Shown here in pieces: positions 1 through 10,756 of a DNA stretch of 64,000 nt. Numbering within the stretch: the first letter of the stretch is position 1; every line of letters starts with the position of its first letter. Position numbers and translations under genes: made by a program. Source of the stretch: a virus (Duplodnaviria; Caudoviricetes); the IMG/VR virus record IMGVR_UViG_3300032038_000028, positions 32,001 through 96,000 of that record; one strand, 5' to 3'. The notes under the pieces were generated by a model. That model saw only the letters and a program-made list of their open reading frames with translations, did not search any database and had not been told where the DNA came from.

Positions 1-3000
1 GCTTCTGTCTGCCCAGCAGGCGGCTGCGAAGATCTGGAAGGACTCCGGCTTTACCGGTGCGCTGGACACGACATCCAAGGATTTCACCGAGCTGATGGCT
101 ATGGACGGCGGCGCTTATCAGGCGGCGCTGGAGCGTGCTAACGGCGGGCTGTTCTTCAGCAAGGACGCCTTCGATAAGATCGTACAGCAGAAGTACAGGG
201 AAGAGCTTGCTGCCCTGCGGCAGGACGTCCTGAAAACGCAGCAGAAGTACACCGAGGCGGCCACGAAGGTCGTCGAGGAAATGAAGAGCGGTACGGTCAG
301 CCAGGAATCTTACGAAGCTATGCTCGGCTACGGCACGCAGCTGACTGAGTACGCCAACCGCATGGCTCAGATCAACTACGGCATGAGCGACATGGCCAAC
401 TGGATCAGTAACAAAGGCGGGGCTGAATCTGGTGACGCTTATGACGAGCTGGGCGAAGCGATCAACGCTATCACCGGCGGAAAGTCGAGCGGCCTGACGG
501 GCACGCGGGAATTCGCGGCTGCCATGCGGTTCGTGACTGGTAAGGAGATCGGGTCGGGCGCAGGTCAGGTTTTACTGGGTGACCTGAGCTCCAAGACTAT
601 GTCGTACATGCAGGCGCTTGGCGCCGTGGATAAGAATGGCAAGCCCGATCAGGCGGCGCGGAGAAATGCACTGGCTGCCTTCCAGAAAGATATGAAAGCG
701 GCCGGCATTCTCGATAAGACCGGCGCAGTTGCTGTTGCGGGCATGACGACCGGACAGATGGCCGACAAGTTTAACGAGAAATACGGCACACAGTTCGGCG
801 CCGACTTTATGCAGAGCATCCTGATGGGCATCAATGATTACATTCAGGACCCTGCGGAAAAATATGATATCAGTACCGAAACACCGGAGTCGAAGCGCGC
901 AGAGGAGGCGCGGAAGAATTTTCAGGACGCCGTAAAAGCATGGCGTGAAGCACCGGCGGATCTGGAGGACGCTCAGAAGCAGGCATTGCTGGATGGCGTG
1001 GTAGAGGCTGGCGAAGCGATGACCAAAGCCCAGCTTCAGGATATGGTTGCCAACGGCTCTACTGAGCAGGCGGCGGCAGCGGCGGCGACCCTGGCCAACC
1101 TGGATAAACAGGAAACGGCTGACCCGCTGACCTCTGTACTTGGCAAACTGGACGCGACATTATCCGCACTGAATACGACGCTGTCCAAAGAAAACAAGGA
1201 CGAGGAAGGCGGCAAGAAGGGTAAAGGGGCGGACGAATACCAGGATACCAAGGAAGTCCCCGACAAACCAGCCTTCACTTCTGGCAAATCCACGTTCGCC
1301 AGCGCAGAAGCAGAAGCAACTTCGCTGGCCGGGCTGACTCAGGAGATCAAGGATTACGAATCGAAGCACGGCGGGTCCGATGCGCTCACCGAACTGATAG
1401 GTGAAGCTGAAAATGAGGGCGCCAGCTACGATACTATTCTCGAAAAGTGGAATAATTATCGCAGCAACGTCGAAGAAGCTGAACAACAGGCGGTGCAGCA
1501 GGCGGCCGAAGAGGCGAAGTCCAGCAAATGGTCGTTTGGTAAACTGGCAGATCAGTATGACGACACAAAGACCATTCGCGATAAACCCAAGCGCGCATTT
1601 ACGACCGGCCCGTCCACGTTCCAGGATGCAGAGGAAGCCGGGAAGGCACTGGCAGATCTTGGCGAACAAGCCAAAGCTCTGGAAAAACAATATGGATCAT
1701 CGGACGCGCTTACTGAGTTGATCGGTGAGATTGAAACCGAAGGCGCGGACTATGACACCATGCTGAATAAGCTCAATAATGTCCGCAGCGACCTTGAAGA
1801 GGCGGCGGCAAACGCCACTGAAGCAGAAGCCGAAACGGCTAAGCAGCTGTCACGCAATGCGCTGGACAAGGGCAACGCTCTGCATGGTACGCTCAAAGAG
1901 CAGGAAGCCTCCGGGCTCGCGCAGGCTATTGAGCAACAGGTAGCAGAGGACCTGCAGGAACAGGCGGAAACCGCTACCCAGACGAGAACGGGCTTCAAGT
2001 TTGGCAAGCTCGCTGATCAGTACGACGAGGATATTGCAACTCCTAAGCCCGGCACCGACCAACAGGCTATTCGCGAGCAACTGCAGGAAACAATCACTCA
2101 GGCGCAGGATGCCGGTATTGTCATTGATGAGGCAACAGAAACTGTGGCCATGCAGATGGAAGATGTCAGCGAGTCCGGGGCGACAGCATCTACTGAACTG
2201 CTTAGAAACGCACAGAATAAGATTGCTCAGCTGCAGGGACTGCTCAAGGCCAATGAAGCCTCTACACTGGATGAAGCTATTGAGCCGAAAACTGAGAATG
2301 CCGAAGACACCACGGTCGCTACCGGCCTCGATCAGCCGCTGACCACGGAGACTGCTGTGTCTGGCGACGAAGAAAAAGCAGCGAAAGCGGCACTGAAGGC
2401 ACAGAAAAAACAGGAAGAGCTCGCAGAACTGCAGAGTATTGCGGAAGATGCATGGCTGAAGTCGTTCGAGGACACGCAAGACAGCGTACAGGAAACGGCG
2501 GATACCCAAATTGATACTGCGGAAGCGGAAGCCGAGGCTATGCGTCAGCGCATGAAGGATGCGGCCGATCTGGATCGTCGGGAACGGGCAGAGCAGGCGG
2601 CGAGTGACGCTGCGGCTGGCGAGGCATTGCAGGACAGGCTGGAGACGCAGTCGAAGCTCGATCAGCAGGCGCAGTGGCAGGAACAGCTGGCAGCTGCGGT
2701 TGAACAGGCTGGCGGTCTGGGCGGGATTACCGACCCGGCACTCCGCAAGTCGGTCGAAAACGCCACGAACGCGCTGATCGGATACAACACGGACGGCAAG
2801 GTTATCCCAGAACAGGATATCGCGGATCAGATCACCGAAGCCATCGACGGGATGCAGGAGTATCTGCAGACGCAGGAGCAGGAGGCTCTGGCGGAGCAAC
2901 GGGCTGCGCAAGACGAAAAGCTCGCGGAACTGGAACGGGAGCGCGCCGATCAGGAGGCCCAGGATCAAGAGGATCTTAATGCTGCCCTCCGCGAAACAGC

Positions 3001-6000
3001 AGAACAGACTGCCGAAACGGCTACAAAGAGCGGCTCAACCTTCCAGAGCATGGAGGACGTTGCCGCTGCCATGGCTAACCTCGACAACGAGGTCCGTGGA
3101 TTCGGTGGAGCCCATGATGTGACGCCGGAACAGCAGCAGACACTGGACGACATATCGACATCTCTGAACGGCGAGTACGCCAGTCTGAACGAGGCTGTAC
3201 AGGCATATGATAATGCCGTCGACGCGATGAATCAGTTGAGGAGCGACGTAGAGACCAGCGAACAGACGCAGGGTCTGACGCAAACTCCTCCTGCTTCTGC
3301 CGGCACGATCGCGGGCACAGAGTCCCCAGTCGATACCGTTACCTCTGCGTCGGTCGAGCCGGAAGAACTGAACGTCGAAACCAAATCAACGGCGGTTGAA
3401 TCCAAGAAGAGCACGAATGTCAATACAGGCACCGGCACATCCATGTCGGCGAGTGACATGGAGAACATGCGGCTGGATGCTCTCAGCACAATGTCGCGGC
3501 TGGAAGATATGTCGGCGAACAAAAAAGGCTCCGACGGGCAGCCGCTCAACCAGAATCAGCTGAGTGCGCTTGACAAGGCGGTCAGCCAGCTCGAGCAGGC
3601 GCTAACAGACGGCGGAGCGCAGGCGCTCCAGGACGCGCTGACCACTGCGCAAAAGGCGGAATCCGGTGTCCAGACGGAGCAGACTGCCACCTATACCGAA
3701 ACTGCGGTGACTCCGGCTGTTGAAGATGCGACAGCCACGGTACATGTGGAGACCGAAGAAGCACCGCCTGTTGTGCCTCCCGAAGAACCCACTGTTACCG
3801 TCCATACAAATGTGGAGGATCCTGGATCTATCAGCGTTCCCACGCCTCCGACAGTCACCATCCCGGTACAGTACGGCGACCCAGGTGAAATCCCGACCGG
3901 CGGCGGTGGTGGCGGCAAAGACGCAGTTCGCACCGTCAGCGCAGCCGCAGGGGGCACGGACGATGCAGCCGGCGGCATGACGCTGGTTGACGAGCTTGGC
4001 GCCGAGCTGATTGAGCACCGCTCCCGCGGCACCTATGAACTGGGCACCAACAACGGCGCACGCTTCGTAAAGCTGGATGCTGGCGACGTCGTACACAATG
4101 CAAAGGAAACCAGGAAGATCCTGAAGCGCGGCATGGCGATGGCCAACGGCGGCGTAGTGACAGGACGAGCAATGTCCAGCATAAGCAATGGCAAAGATAT
4201 GACCGGTGGCTCCGATCAGGCCGCGGCCATCGCCAAAGCCCAGCGTGATGCCGCAGCGGCACAGGAAGCAGCTGCAGCCGCGCTTAACTCTTCAGACAGG
4301 AAGGCCAAGGCACTTCTTGAGTGGATCAAGAAGGTGCTGGATTGGATCCCGACGTACCTGAACGAGTTGAAGAAAAAGACCACACAGTTTGTCGGAGCAG
4401 CGGACGACGCCGTACATTATCTGAGCCAGAACAAACTGCTGGACAGCGCCATCGAAAACATCGCAGAAGAAATTCAGGCGAACATCAGCTCGGTGGTCAG
4501 GTACCGCAGCTTCCTCAGGGAAATGCAGACGACGGGCGGGCTGTCAGATGAGATCGTTGCGAAGATTCAGAACGGCACGATTGATCTGGAGGCATACAAT
4601 AACGAGGAAACGGTAAAGGCTATTCAGGCCTACCAGCAGTACTGGGAAAAACTGGTTGCCTGTCAGGAAGCGCTTGCTACGCTGAATGATCAGATGGAAG
4701 CCCTGAGCCAGCAGAAGCTGGACAACGTCGTGTCCTACTTCGACAGGATCGACGGGTTGTTGCGCGACCAGCAGAAGCGGTTTGAAGGCCTGATTGACCT
4801 GAAGAAACAGTACGGCCAGGAGCTGACCGGCGCCGATTACATGGACTCTCTGACCAACATGGAGCAGATTCTGGCCAACGCTCAGAACGAAGAGCAGGCC
4901 CTGCTCAAGGAGCTGGAAGACCAGCTCGGTGTAGGCGGAGACATGGTACAGGCTATCCTGAACGGCGGTAAAGATGTATGGGAAGCCATTGCAGCTCATG
5001 TCAAGAAGGGTGTGGACGAAGGCGTCACCGACCTGCAGGAAGCCATTGACGAGAATCTGGTCTACCGGACGGTCGCGCATTACAATACCGGCACCGGTAC
5101 GGAAAAGCTCGGCTCCATGACTGATATTGCAGCTACTTCGGCGACACCGGAAGTCACCCAGCTGTCGCTGGCCGACGTACAGAAGATCGCCACCGGTGCG
5201 ATGAACATCAACCTGGATCAGGTGCCGGCGGCCCAGCGTGCAGCGGTGCAGGCGGCGATCAAGGGCACGACGAGCACGTTCAGCAACGCAACAAATAAGA
5301 ACACCAAAGTCCAGGCTATTCTGGATAAGATGCAGGCGTCCCAGCAACAGTACAGCAGCAAGCAGGTTAATCAGCAGGCCCTGCCGCCTGTAGAGATCTC
5401 TCTGGTCGATGTACCGGTCACCCCGGCTACGGATGAAGACATGGTTGCCATCGGCGAGATGCTGGGCATGAATGTGGCGGATGGCTCTGAAGAAGCGCTG
5501 AAGAATCTTGAGGCCATCAAGTCTCTCTTCACGACGTCGTGGGACAACCCGCTGGCTATCGGCAGCGACACCTGGTACTCCTACATGTCCACGCTGGAAA
5601 ACCTGAAGGAGTCGATCACCCAGACGAAGATTGAAATCAGTGAGATGAACGACACGATTGCTGACATCCCTCTGACCAACCTGAAGACTGGCTACGACTA
5701 TCTGGAAGAGATCCAGCGCAATCTGGAAGGCATGAACAACCTGCTGGATGCGCAGGGGTCGGACAAATACGCGGGGACGTATCGCAGCATGATCTCTGTC
5801 GGCATGCAGCAGATCGAAAACCTGCAGGAGCAGAACCGGCTGATCGAGGAGCAGATGAGCACACTCGATCCATTGTCTGAAAAGTATCAGGAGCTTCGCG
5901 GCGATCTGACGGGCAACCTCGACACGATCGCGGACATCCGCAAGAATCAGGAAGAGTGGAATGACGCCATCATCGACCTGCAGATCGAGCGGCTGAAGAA

Positions 6001-6556
6001 GCAGAACGACAGCTACAAGGAACAGCTCCGGCTGATGCAGGCGCTGGATGATCTGGACAAGGCGAGGCAGCGCAGGCTGCTGATCTACCACGAAGACACA
6101 GGCTTCCAGTACGAAGCGGACGAGGATGAGCTTGAGAGCGCACAGGAAGCGGCGAACGACGCCATCTTCAGCAGCATCGTCAGCGACCTCGAAAAGTCGA
6201 AGGCAGACAGCAACATCTACGGCCCGCTGGGCGAGAGGCTGATCAGCGGATCGAGCATCCTTGACTCTCTGGGCAACGTGCTTGTGCCGGTAGAGGACAA
6301 GCTGAGCGGGCTTGACTTCGAGCCCTACTACCAGAGCATCGTGTCCGGGTCTGAGCAGTCCGGCCTCCTCGAAGGCCTGCTGCAGAGCATCGACCTGAGC
6401 AAGCTGCTTGAAGCGTCGATTGGCGGTAACGTCAACATCGACATCGGCACCATGACCCTGAACGAGGTACAGAACGCAAAGGATCTGGGCGACGCGATTA
6501 TCAATCAGCTGCCCTCGTATCTGCTGCAGGCGCTGTACAAGAAGGGCGCGAATTAA
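1..6556 (+). CDS. Tail tape-measure protein (5' end outside window)
   Basis: The frame is open from base 2 to the window edge and encodes >2150 aa of Ala/Glu/Gln-rich helical sequence. It contains a TMP-type motif (AAGGTDDAAGGMTLVDELGAELI) and lies directly upstream of tail-tip-like genes. Confidence 0.8.
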   Translation, partial: LLSAQQAAAKIWKDSGFTGALDTTSKDFTELMAMDGGAYQAALERANGGLFFSKDAFDKIVQQKYREELAALRQDVLKTQQKYTEAATKVVEEMKSGTVSQESYEAMLGYGTQLTEYANRMAQINYGMSDMANWISNKGGAESGDAYDELGEAINAITGGKSSGLTGTREFAAAMRFVTGKEIGSGAGQVLLGDLSSKTMSYMQALGAVDKNGKPDQAARRNALAAFQKDMKAAGILDKTGAVAVAGMTTGQMADKFNEKYGTQFGADFMQSILMGINDYIQDPAEKYDISTETPESKRAEEARKNFQDAVKAWREAPADLEDAQKQALLDGVVEAGEAMTKAQLQDMVANGSTEQAAAAAATLANLDKQETADPLTSVLGKLDATLSALNTTLSKENKDEEGGKKGKGADEYQDTKEVPDKPAFTSGKSTFASAEAEATSLAGLTQEIKDYESKHGGSDALTELIGEAENEGASYDTILEKWNNYRSNVEEAEQQAVQQAAEEAKSSKWSFGKLADQYDDTKTIRDKPKRAFTTGPSTFQDAEEAGKALADLGEQAKALEKQYGSSDALTELIGEIETEGADYDTMLNKLNNVRSDLEEAAANATEAEAETAKQLSRNALDKGNALHGTLKEQEASGLAQAIEQQVAEDLQEQAETATQTRTGFKFGKLADQYDEDIATPKPGTDQQAIREQLQETITQAQDAGIVIDEATETVAMQMEDVSESGATASTELLRNAQNKIAQLQGLLKANEASTLDEAIEPKTENAEDTTVATGLDQPLTTETAVSGDEEKAAKAALKAQKKQEELAELQSIAEDAWLKSFEDTQDSVQETADTQIDTAEAEAEAMRQRMKDAADLDRRERAEQAASDAAAGEALQDRLETQSKLDQQAQWQEQLAAAVEQAGGLGGITDPALRKSVENATNALIGYNTDGKVIPEQDIADQITEAIDGMQEYLQTQEQEALAEQRAAQDEKLAELERERADQEAQDQEDLNAALRETAEQTAETATKSGSTFQSMEDVAAAMANLDNEVRGFGGAHDVTPEQQQTLDDISTSLNGEYASLNEAVQAYDNAVDAMNQLRSDVETSEQTQGLTQTPPASAGTIAGTESPVDTVTSASVEPEELNVETKSTAVESKKSTNVNTGTGTSMSASDMENMRLDALSTMSRLEDMSANKKGSDGQPLNQNQLSALDKAVSQLEQALTDGGAQALQDALTTAQKAESGVQTEQTATYTETAVTPAVEDATATVHVETEEAPPVVPPEEPTVTVHTNVEDPGSISVPTPPTVTIPVQYGDPGEIPTGGGGGGKDAVRTVSAAAGGTDDAAGGMTLVDELGAELIEHRSRGTYELGTNNGARFVKLDAGDVVHNAKETRKILKRGMAMANGGVVTGRAMSSISNGKDMTGGSDQAAAIAKAQRDAAAAQEAAAAALNSSDRKAKALLEWIKKVLDWIPTYLNELKKKTTQFVGAADDAVHYLSQNKLLDSAIENIAEEIQANISSVVRYRSFLREMQTTGGLSDEIVAKIQNGTIDLEAYNNEETVKAIQAYQQYWEKLVACQEALATLNDQMEALSQQKLDNVVSYFDRIDGLLRDQQKRFEGLIDLKKQYGQELTGADYMDSLTNMEQILANAQNEEQALLKELEDQLGVGGDMVQAILNGGKDVWEAIAAHVKKGVDEGVTDLQEAIDENLVYRTVAHYNTGTGTEKLGSMTDIAATSATPEVTQLSLADVQKIATGAMNINLDQVPAAQRAAVQAAIKGTTSTFSNATNKNTKVQAILDKMQASQQQYSSKQVNQQALPPVEISLVDVPVTPATDEDMVAIGEMLGMNVADGSEEALKNLEAIKSLFTTSWDNPLAIGSDTWYSYMSTLENLKESITQTKIEISEMNDTIADIPLTNLKTGYDYLEEIQRNLEGMNNLLDAQGSDKYAGTYRSMISVGMQQIENLQEQNRLIEEQMSTLDPLSEKYQELRGDLTGNLDTIADIRKNQEEWNDAIIDLQIERLKKQNDSYKEQLRLMQALDDLDKARQRRLLIYHEDTGFQYEADEDELESAQEAANDAIFSSIVSDLEKSKADSNIYGPLGERLISGSSILDSLGNVLVPVEDKLSGLDFEPYYQSIVSGSEQSGLLEGLLQSIDLSKLLEASIGGNVNIDIGTMTLNEVQNAKDLGDAIINQLPSYLLQALYKKGAN

Positions 6557-6607
6557 AAAATGGGGCGGCCCCACAACGGGACTGCCCCTTCCCCTGGGGG
6601 TGAATAT

Positions 6608-7408
6608 ATGGCGGATATTATAATTGATCCAAAGTACCAAACCATCACCTGTGTGAATGATCCGGTTTATGCCAACATCAAAGTCAGGGTGGCATATGTT
6701 GATGAAGGACTCGCGGTGCATGAAATCCAGACGTATCAACTGCGCAGACGGTTTGCCGGGAGTAGCGACTACAAGGTACTCAAGAGCGGCACTGTCAGCA
6801 GCTCGGATGACCTGACCTACAGCTATGTGGACATGGAAGCCATCGCCGGTATCAGCTACACGTATGAAGCCTGTGTTTTTGACGCACGCGGCGCATGGCG
6901 CAGTGGCGTTGAGACGACTATTATATGTAAATTCGACGGCATTATTCTGGCCGACTCTACCGGGTCATGGCACAGCGCTTTCGGTACCAGCGAGAGCCGG
7001 TTTGCCATCAACACCCAGAAGAACCGACCGGTCAACTATATCGTGACGCTGTCCGGGAAATTCCCGCACAGGGTCAGCAACACACAGGCCAACTACTGGA
7101 CGGGCACCTGCTCTGCCATCTGGCTGCCGTGGGTGCCAGACCCGTCTGGCGAAGGCTGCATTGAGCCGTCCTTTGATCAGGCGGACGCATACCGGCAGGA
7201 GTTTATGGAGTGGCTGATGACAGACACGCAGAAGCTGCTCAAGACCAGCGACGGCAAGGCGATGATCGTCGGGATTGACGGCACACCGCAGGAATCCTAC
7301 AACGCGATCGCGGGCATGTCCGTTGTCACGTTTGACTGGACGCAGATCGGAGAGGTGGAACGGCCGACCGTGCCGTTTGATCACGGGGAAGCGTGGGTGA
7401 GCTCATGA
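6608..7408 (+). CDS. Putative distal tail / tail-tip structural protein
   Basis: Directly follows the TMP gene. ATG 6608 follows GGGGTG. Beta-rich protein whose stop overlaps the next start (ATGA). Confidence 0.55.
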   Translation: MADIIIDPKYQTITCVNDPVYANIKVRVAYVDEGLAVHEIQTYQLRRRFAGSSDYKVLKSGTVSSSDDLTYSYVDMEAIAGISYTYEACVFDARGAWRSGVETTIICKFDGIILADSTGSWHSAFGTSESRFAINTQKNRPVNYIVTLSGKFPHRVSNTQANYWTGTCSAIWLPWVPDPSGEGCIEPSFDQADAYRQEFMEWLMTDTQKLLKTSDGKAMIVGIDGTPQESYNAIAGMSVVTFDWTQIGEVERPTVPFDHGEAWVSS

Positions 7409-8994
7409 GTTATTCATCGGAAGACTCCCAGCTGATCAACCAGACCAATCATGTCGTACGGTACAAGCTGGAGCTGCTGAACAAATACCTGCAGGTGGAG
7501 AGCGAACTGACCGGCGACACGGCGGACGTGAATTTCAACATCGACGCCACGACGGATATCAGGCGGACGGCAGACCTGACCATGGTAGTGACCGACCAGA
7601 GCTGGATGACGGACAACTTCGAGATTGGCTGGGTTGACAAGCTGGTCAGATTCAGCATCGGCTTGCAGAAGCTGGACGGCACATGGAAGTGGTACGCTCT
7701 TGGAACGCTGCTGCTGTCCTCGGACGCCTTCAGGTTTGACACGGCGACGCAGGAAATGCATATGTCGCTGGTCGACCTGATGGCCTACGGGACGTCGGAG
7801 CGGGGGAGTCAGATCGGCACCGGGGTGAAGTATGTATATAATACAGACATCCCGCGACTGCTGACCGACACCATCTCCCGGTTCTTCCCCTACAAGGACG
7901 TTGAGATCGAGGAATTCCCGGACGTGCTGCCCTATGATCTGACCTTCGGCATCGGCTCCTACCCCTACGACATCCTGCGGACGGCGCTGGCGCTCTTCCC
8001 GTGGTACGAGCAGTTCTATGACGCCAACGGGACATACCACGCGCAGAAAATCCCGATGCATGTCAACGAGCCGTGCCTGCTGGGGCCGGAAGATCTGGAC
8101 GACCTGATCATCGCGGAGAACAGATCCTTTGATTTCAGCAACATCAAGAACACGACCGAGATCTACGGCAAGTCAATCAAAAGCCACTACACGGCAACGA
8201 GCTGCGTGCTGAACGGGCAGACATACACGCTGGGCTTTGTGCTGTCCACGATGGAGACGCTGGAGAACAATAAGAAGTACGGCTTTACCCCGGCAGAGGA
8301 TTCCCCGGCGTCGCCGAAAATTCACATTGATCTGACGGATGACCAGCAGCAGAGCACGGCGGATCTTCTGGATTCAAACGGAAATGAGCTGGCGGCCGGT
8401 GCGCTCAAGGCGGGATATTCCTACGTGGCCCGGTGTCTGGACGTGCCGGAAACGATTGACAACGAGACCCGGATCGTAAAGAAATTCTACCTGCTGGGGC
8501 AGAAGGAAATCCATGTGATCGTCCGGGAGATGAATGAGATACCGTCAGCGGCTGTCATCGCAGCGGATCAGACACTCAACGACTGCGTGGATATCCGCTA
8601 CGTGCGCAACGCTGACAGCCCGTACGCCTGCGACAGGAATGACGCAGAGGGTATGACGACAGAGATGACCATTGCGGCGGGACAGATCAGGCAGGTACTG
8701 TACGACGGCGAGTACGCTGGCATCTACACCACGGAGCTAGCCTACCAGCGCGGGGAATATGAGAATTATCTCAAGTGCCGGATGAACACCGACGTGGAGC
8801 TGACCACGGTGCTGATCCCGTTTATCGACGTGAATCAGAAAATCGAATACCACTCGCCGATCACGGGCGAGCCACACCAGTACATCGTCAAGTCAGTGAA
8901 TATGGACGTCGCCAACTTCACGATGACCATGAAGCTGGCGAGATTTTATAACTGGTACCCGAAGGAGGAAGCATATGAAGCCAGTAATTCTTAA
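7405..8994 (+). CDS. Putative baseplate hub / tail-associated protein
   Basis: Second gene after the TMP, ~530 aa. N-terminal IRRTADL..V motif and C-terminal IPFIDVNQKIEY...YIVKSV resemble siphophage hub proteins. Confidence 0.6.
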   Translation: MSYSSEDSQLINQTNHVVRYKLELLNKYLQVESELTGDTADVNFNIDATTDIRRTADLTMVVTDQSWMTDNFEIGWVDKLVRFSIGLQKLDGTWKWYALGTLLLSSDAFRFDTATQEMHMSLVDLMAYGTSERGSQIGTGVKYVYNTDIPRLLTDTISRFFPYKDVEIEEFPDVLPYDLTFGIGSYPYDILRTALALFPWYEQFYDANGTYHAQKIPMHVNEPCLLGPEDLDDLIIAENRSFDFSNIKNTTEIYGKSIKSHYTATSCVLNGQTYTLGFVLSTMETLENNKKYGFTPAEDSPASPKIHIDLTDDQQQSTADLLDSNGNELAAGALKAGYSYVARCLDVPETIDNETRIVKKFYLLGQKEIHVIVREMNEIPSAAVIAADQTLNDCVDIRYVRNADSPYACDRNDAEGMTTEMTIAAGQIRQVLYDGEYAGIYTTELAYQRGEYENYLKCRMNTDVELTTVLIPFIDVNQKIEYHSPITGEPHQYIVKSVNMDVANFTMTMKLARFYNWYPKEEAYEASNS

Positions 8995-9190
8995 AGCAGA
9001 CCAGAGCGGCAAGATCCTGATCACGGCAGAGGAGATCGAGAAGATTGTTTCGGACGCCTATGATCAGGGTTATCAGGACGGCAAGGGATCTGTGGTGACG
9101 GTCACCTGCGATCCGCAGACGACGTGGAACAAATGGCCGCCCAACATCACCTGCGACAGCGTTACGTTCTCCAGCGTAGATAGTCACTGA
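8975..9190 (+). CDS. Hypothetical protein
   Basis: GGAGG RBS; overlaps the end of the previous gene; 71 aa. Confidence 0.6.
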   Translation: MKPVILKADQSGKILITAEEIEKIVSDAYDQGYQDGKGSVVTVTCDPQTTWNKWPPNITCDSVTFSSVDSH

Positions 9191-9198
9191 GAGACTGT

Positions 9199-9280
9199 AG
9201 CGACATGTGACGGGGCCTTGACCACACGGGTGGATAAGTTGTAAGGGTCTGAAGACAGGCGTCTCTACACGTCGCTGAAG
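9199..9280 (+). repeat. Dispersed ~80-bp repeat, copy A
   Basis: AGCGACATGTGACGGGGCC...GGTGGATAAGTTGTAAGGGT...ACACGTCGCTGAAG. The 20-bp core at 9229-9248 is identical to the reverse complement of 11054-11073. Confidence 0.85.
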
Positions 9281-9285
9281 CAAGT

Positions 9286-9335
9286 AAAAAAAGGGATAAC
9301 AGGCGAACTCAATCGCTTGCTATCCCTTATTTTTT
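9286..9335. terminator. Bidirectional intrinsic terminator
   Basis: AAAAAAAGGGATAAC...GCTATCCCTTATTTTTT hairpin between the convergent tail and integrase units. Confidence 0.65.
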
Positions 9336-9478
9336 CTGGTGCGTACTGTGTGCTCAACTGAAAACAGGGTGCCCCAGCGTTCAGGTCAGCATACAACACG
9401 GCGTATAATATACGGTTTTTTCTGATTCTGTCAAAGACCAAAAAGACAAAAGACCCTGATTTCACAGAGTCCTTTGAA

Positions 9479-9525
9479 TGGTGGGACCAGTAGAACTCGA
9501 ATCTACGACCTCCACGATGTCAACG
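9479..9525 (-). other. Probable attP core: 3' half of tRNA-Val(GAC)
   Basis: The minus strand reads CG-TTGACAT-CGTGGAGGTC-GTAGA-TTCGAGT-TCTAC-TGGTCCC-ACCA, giving an anticodon loop (GAC), T arm, acceptor 3' strand and CCA. The 5' half is absent. It lies about 45 bp from the integrase stop. Confidence 0.85.
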
Positions 9526-9539
9526 GACGTGAAAAATGT

Positions 9540-9590
9540 TTTGCATAAAAATGAGGTATCACATGGGCGTTATTTGCATAAAAATGCAGT
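9540..9590. promoter_or_regulatory. Paired ARG-box-like sites next to attP
   Basis: TTTGCATAAAAATG occurs at 9540 and 9573, 33 bp apart. The second copy, ttTGCATaaaaATGCAgt, fits WNTGNATWWWWATNCANW. Confidence 0.55.
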
Positions 9591-10556
9591 ATTGACGGCG
9601 CCCCTGTACTTGAGAATTCCTTCCTTCCGAGCCGTCGCGTAGATGGTTTCGACCATACGGGTGTCGGCGTGTCCAAGCAGGTCGGCAACCTGTGCGGATG
9701 TCATACCGGACTCCTTGAGCTGGGTGGCGAAGGTGGCCCGCCAGTCATGGTTGTTGTAGCCGGTCATCCTGAGCTTCTTGAATACGGCCCGCATCGTCCG
9801 CTGAAACGTGGAGATGGAAGCAGGCTGCTTCGGGGTGCGGCCTTCGATTACGAAACCGGAGCGGCGCTGCTCTGGGCGGAGGATGTCGGCCAGTGCGTCC
9901 GGGATCAGGAAGATGCGCTCGGAGCTGGCTGTCTTGGGGTGATCTTTAATCACGGTGCGTTTGTTGTCCGGGTAGACGACGACGCGGGTGATGTGGCCGT
10001 AGCCTTCTTTCAGGTTGATGTCTTCCCAGCGCAGGCCAAGGATCTCTTCCCGGCGCATACCGGTATACACGAGAAGGGCGGCGTACAGGCGCTCCCGCCG
10101 GTCGGTGAGCCCGGGCACTTCGGCACGGATGCGGGTCACCTCTGCGTCTGTCACAGCCTTGTGATGGTGGGACGGGACGCCGTGGTTGCGCAGCAGGACA
10201 GGTTTGTAGGGCGAATCCCGGATGACGTGCAGCGCCTCTGCCACCCGGAGGATGCGGCCGAGAAAACCGCCGATGCGCTCAATGGTGCGCCTGGTGATGT
10301 CCTGCCTGAAGCCGTTCTGCGAGCCGTGGGCCAGCCAGTCGTACAGATTCTGAATGTCGACGATGGTGATCTGATCAATAGGAACGCGGCCGAGGAACGG
10401 GTAGATGTAGCTCTCCAGATAGCGGGAATAGTTGCGCTGGGTGGTCAGCTCCAGGTTGTCGATAAAGGACGAGCGGAAAGTGTGCTCGACGAATTCGATC
10501 AGAGTAGGGGCGTGCGTGCGGGGTGTGGTTGGTATCAATAAATCAGTGCTTAACAT
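9570..10556 (-). CDS. int: Tyrosine integrase
   Basis: Catalytic motifs YTGMRREEILGLRWEDI, K(TASS), HDWR, LLGH and the C-terminal Tyr, plus a SAM-like core-binding domain. The start at 10556 follows GAAAGGA (the ORF track extends to 10682). Confidence 0.93.
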   Translation of the reverse strand: MLSTDLLIPTTPRTHAPTLIEFVEHTFRSSFIDNLELTTQRNYSRYLESYIYPFLGRVPIDQITIVDIQNLYDWLAHGSQNGFRQDITRRTIERIGGFLGRILRVAEALHVIRDSPYKPVLLRNHGVPSHHHKAVTDAEVTRIRAEVPGLTDRRERLYAALLVYTGMRREEILGLRWEDINLKEGYGHITRVVVYPDNKRTVIKDHPKTASSERIFLIPDALADILRPEQRRSGFVIEGRTPKQPASISTFQRTMRAVFKKLRMTGYNNHDWRATFATQLKESGMTSAQVADLLGHADTRMVETIYATARKEGILKYRGAVNTAFLCK

Positions 10557-10756
10557 GGTGGCATCCTTTCCCCGTGTTATACCCTGAACAGAACACTGAG
10601 GTATCATATTGTCAAGGTACGCCGGGGCAGTCAGCCCCATGTCGTTTCCAGTATAGCCTGTGGGGCCGCGGTTGTCAATCATAACTTTCTCCGGTACTGT
10701 AACTTAAACAGAGTTGTAAAAGGCCCGGCCGGCGGTGATGCCAGTCGGGCGCGGGG

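Noticed and set aside
9479-9525. Functional tRNA-Val gene
   Set aside because: The 5' acceptor strand and D arm are absent; interpreted as an att core.
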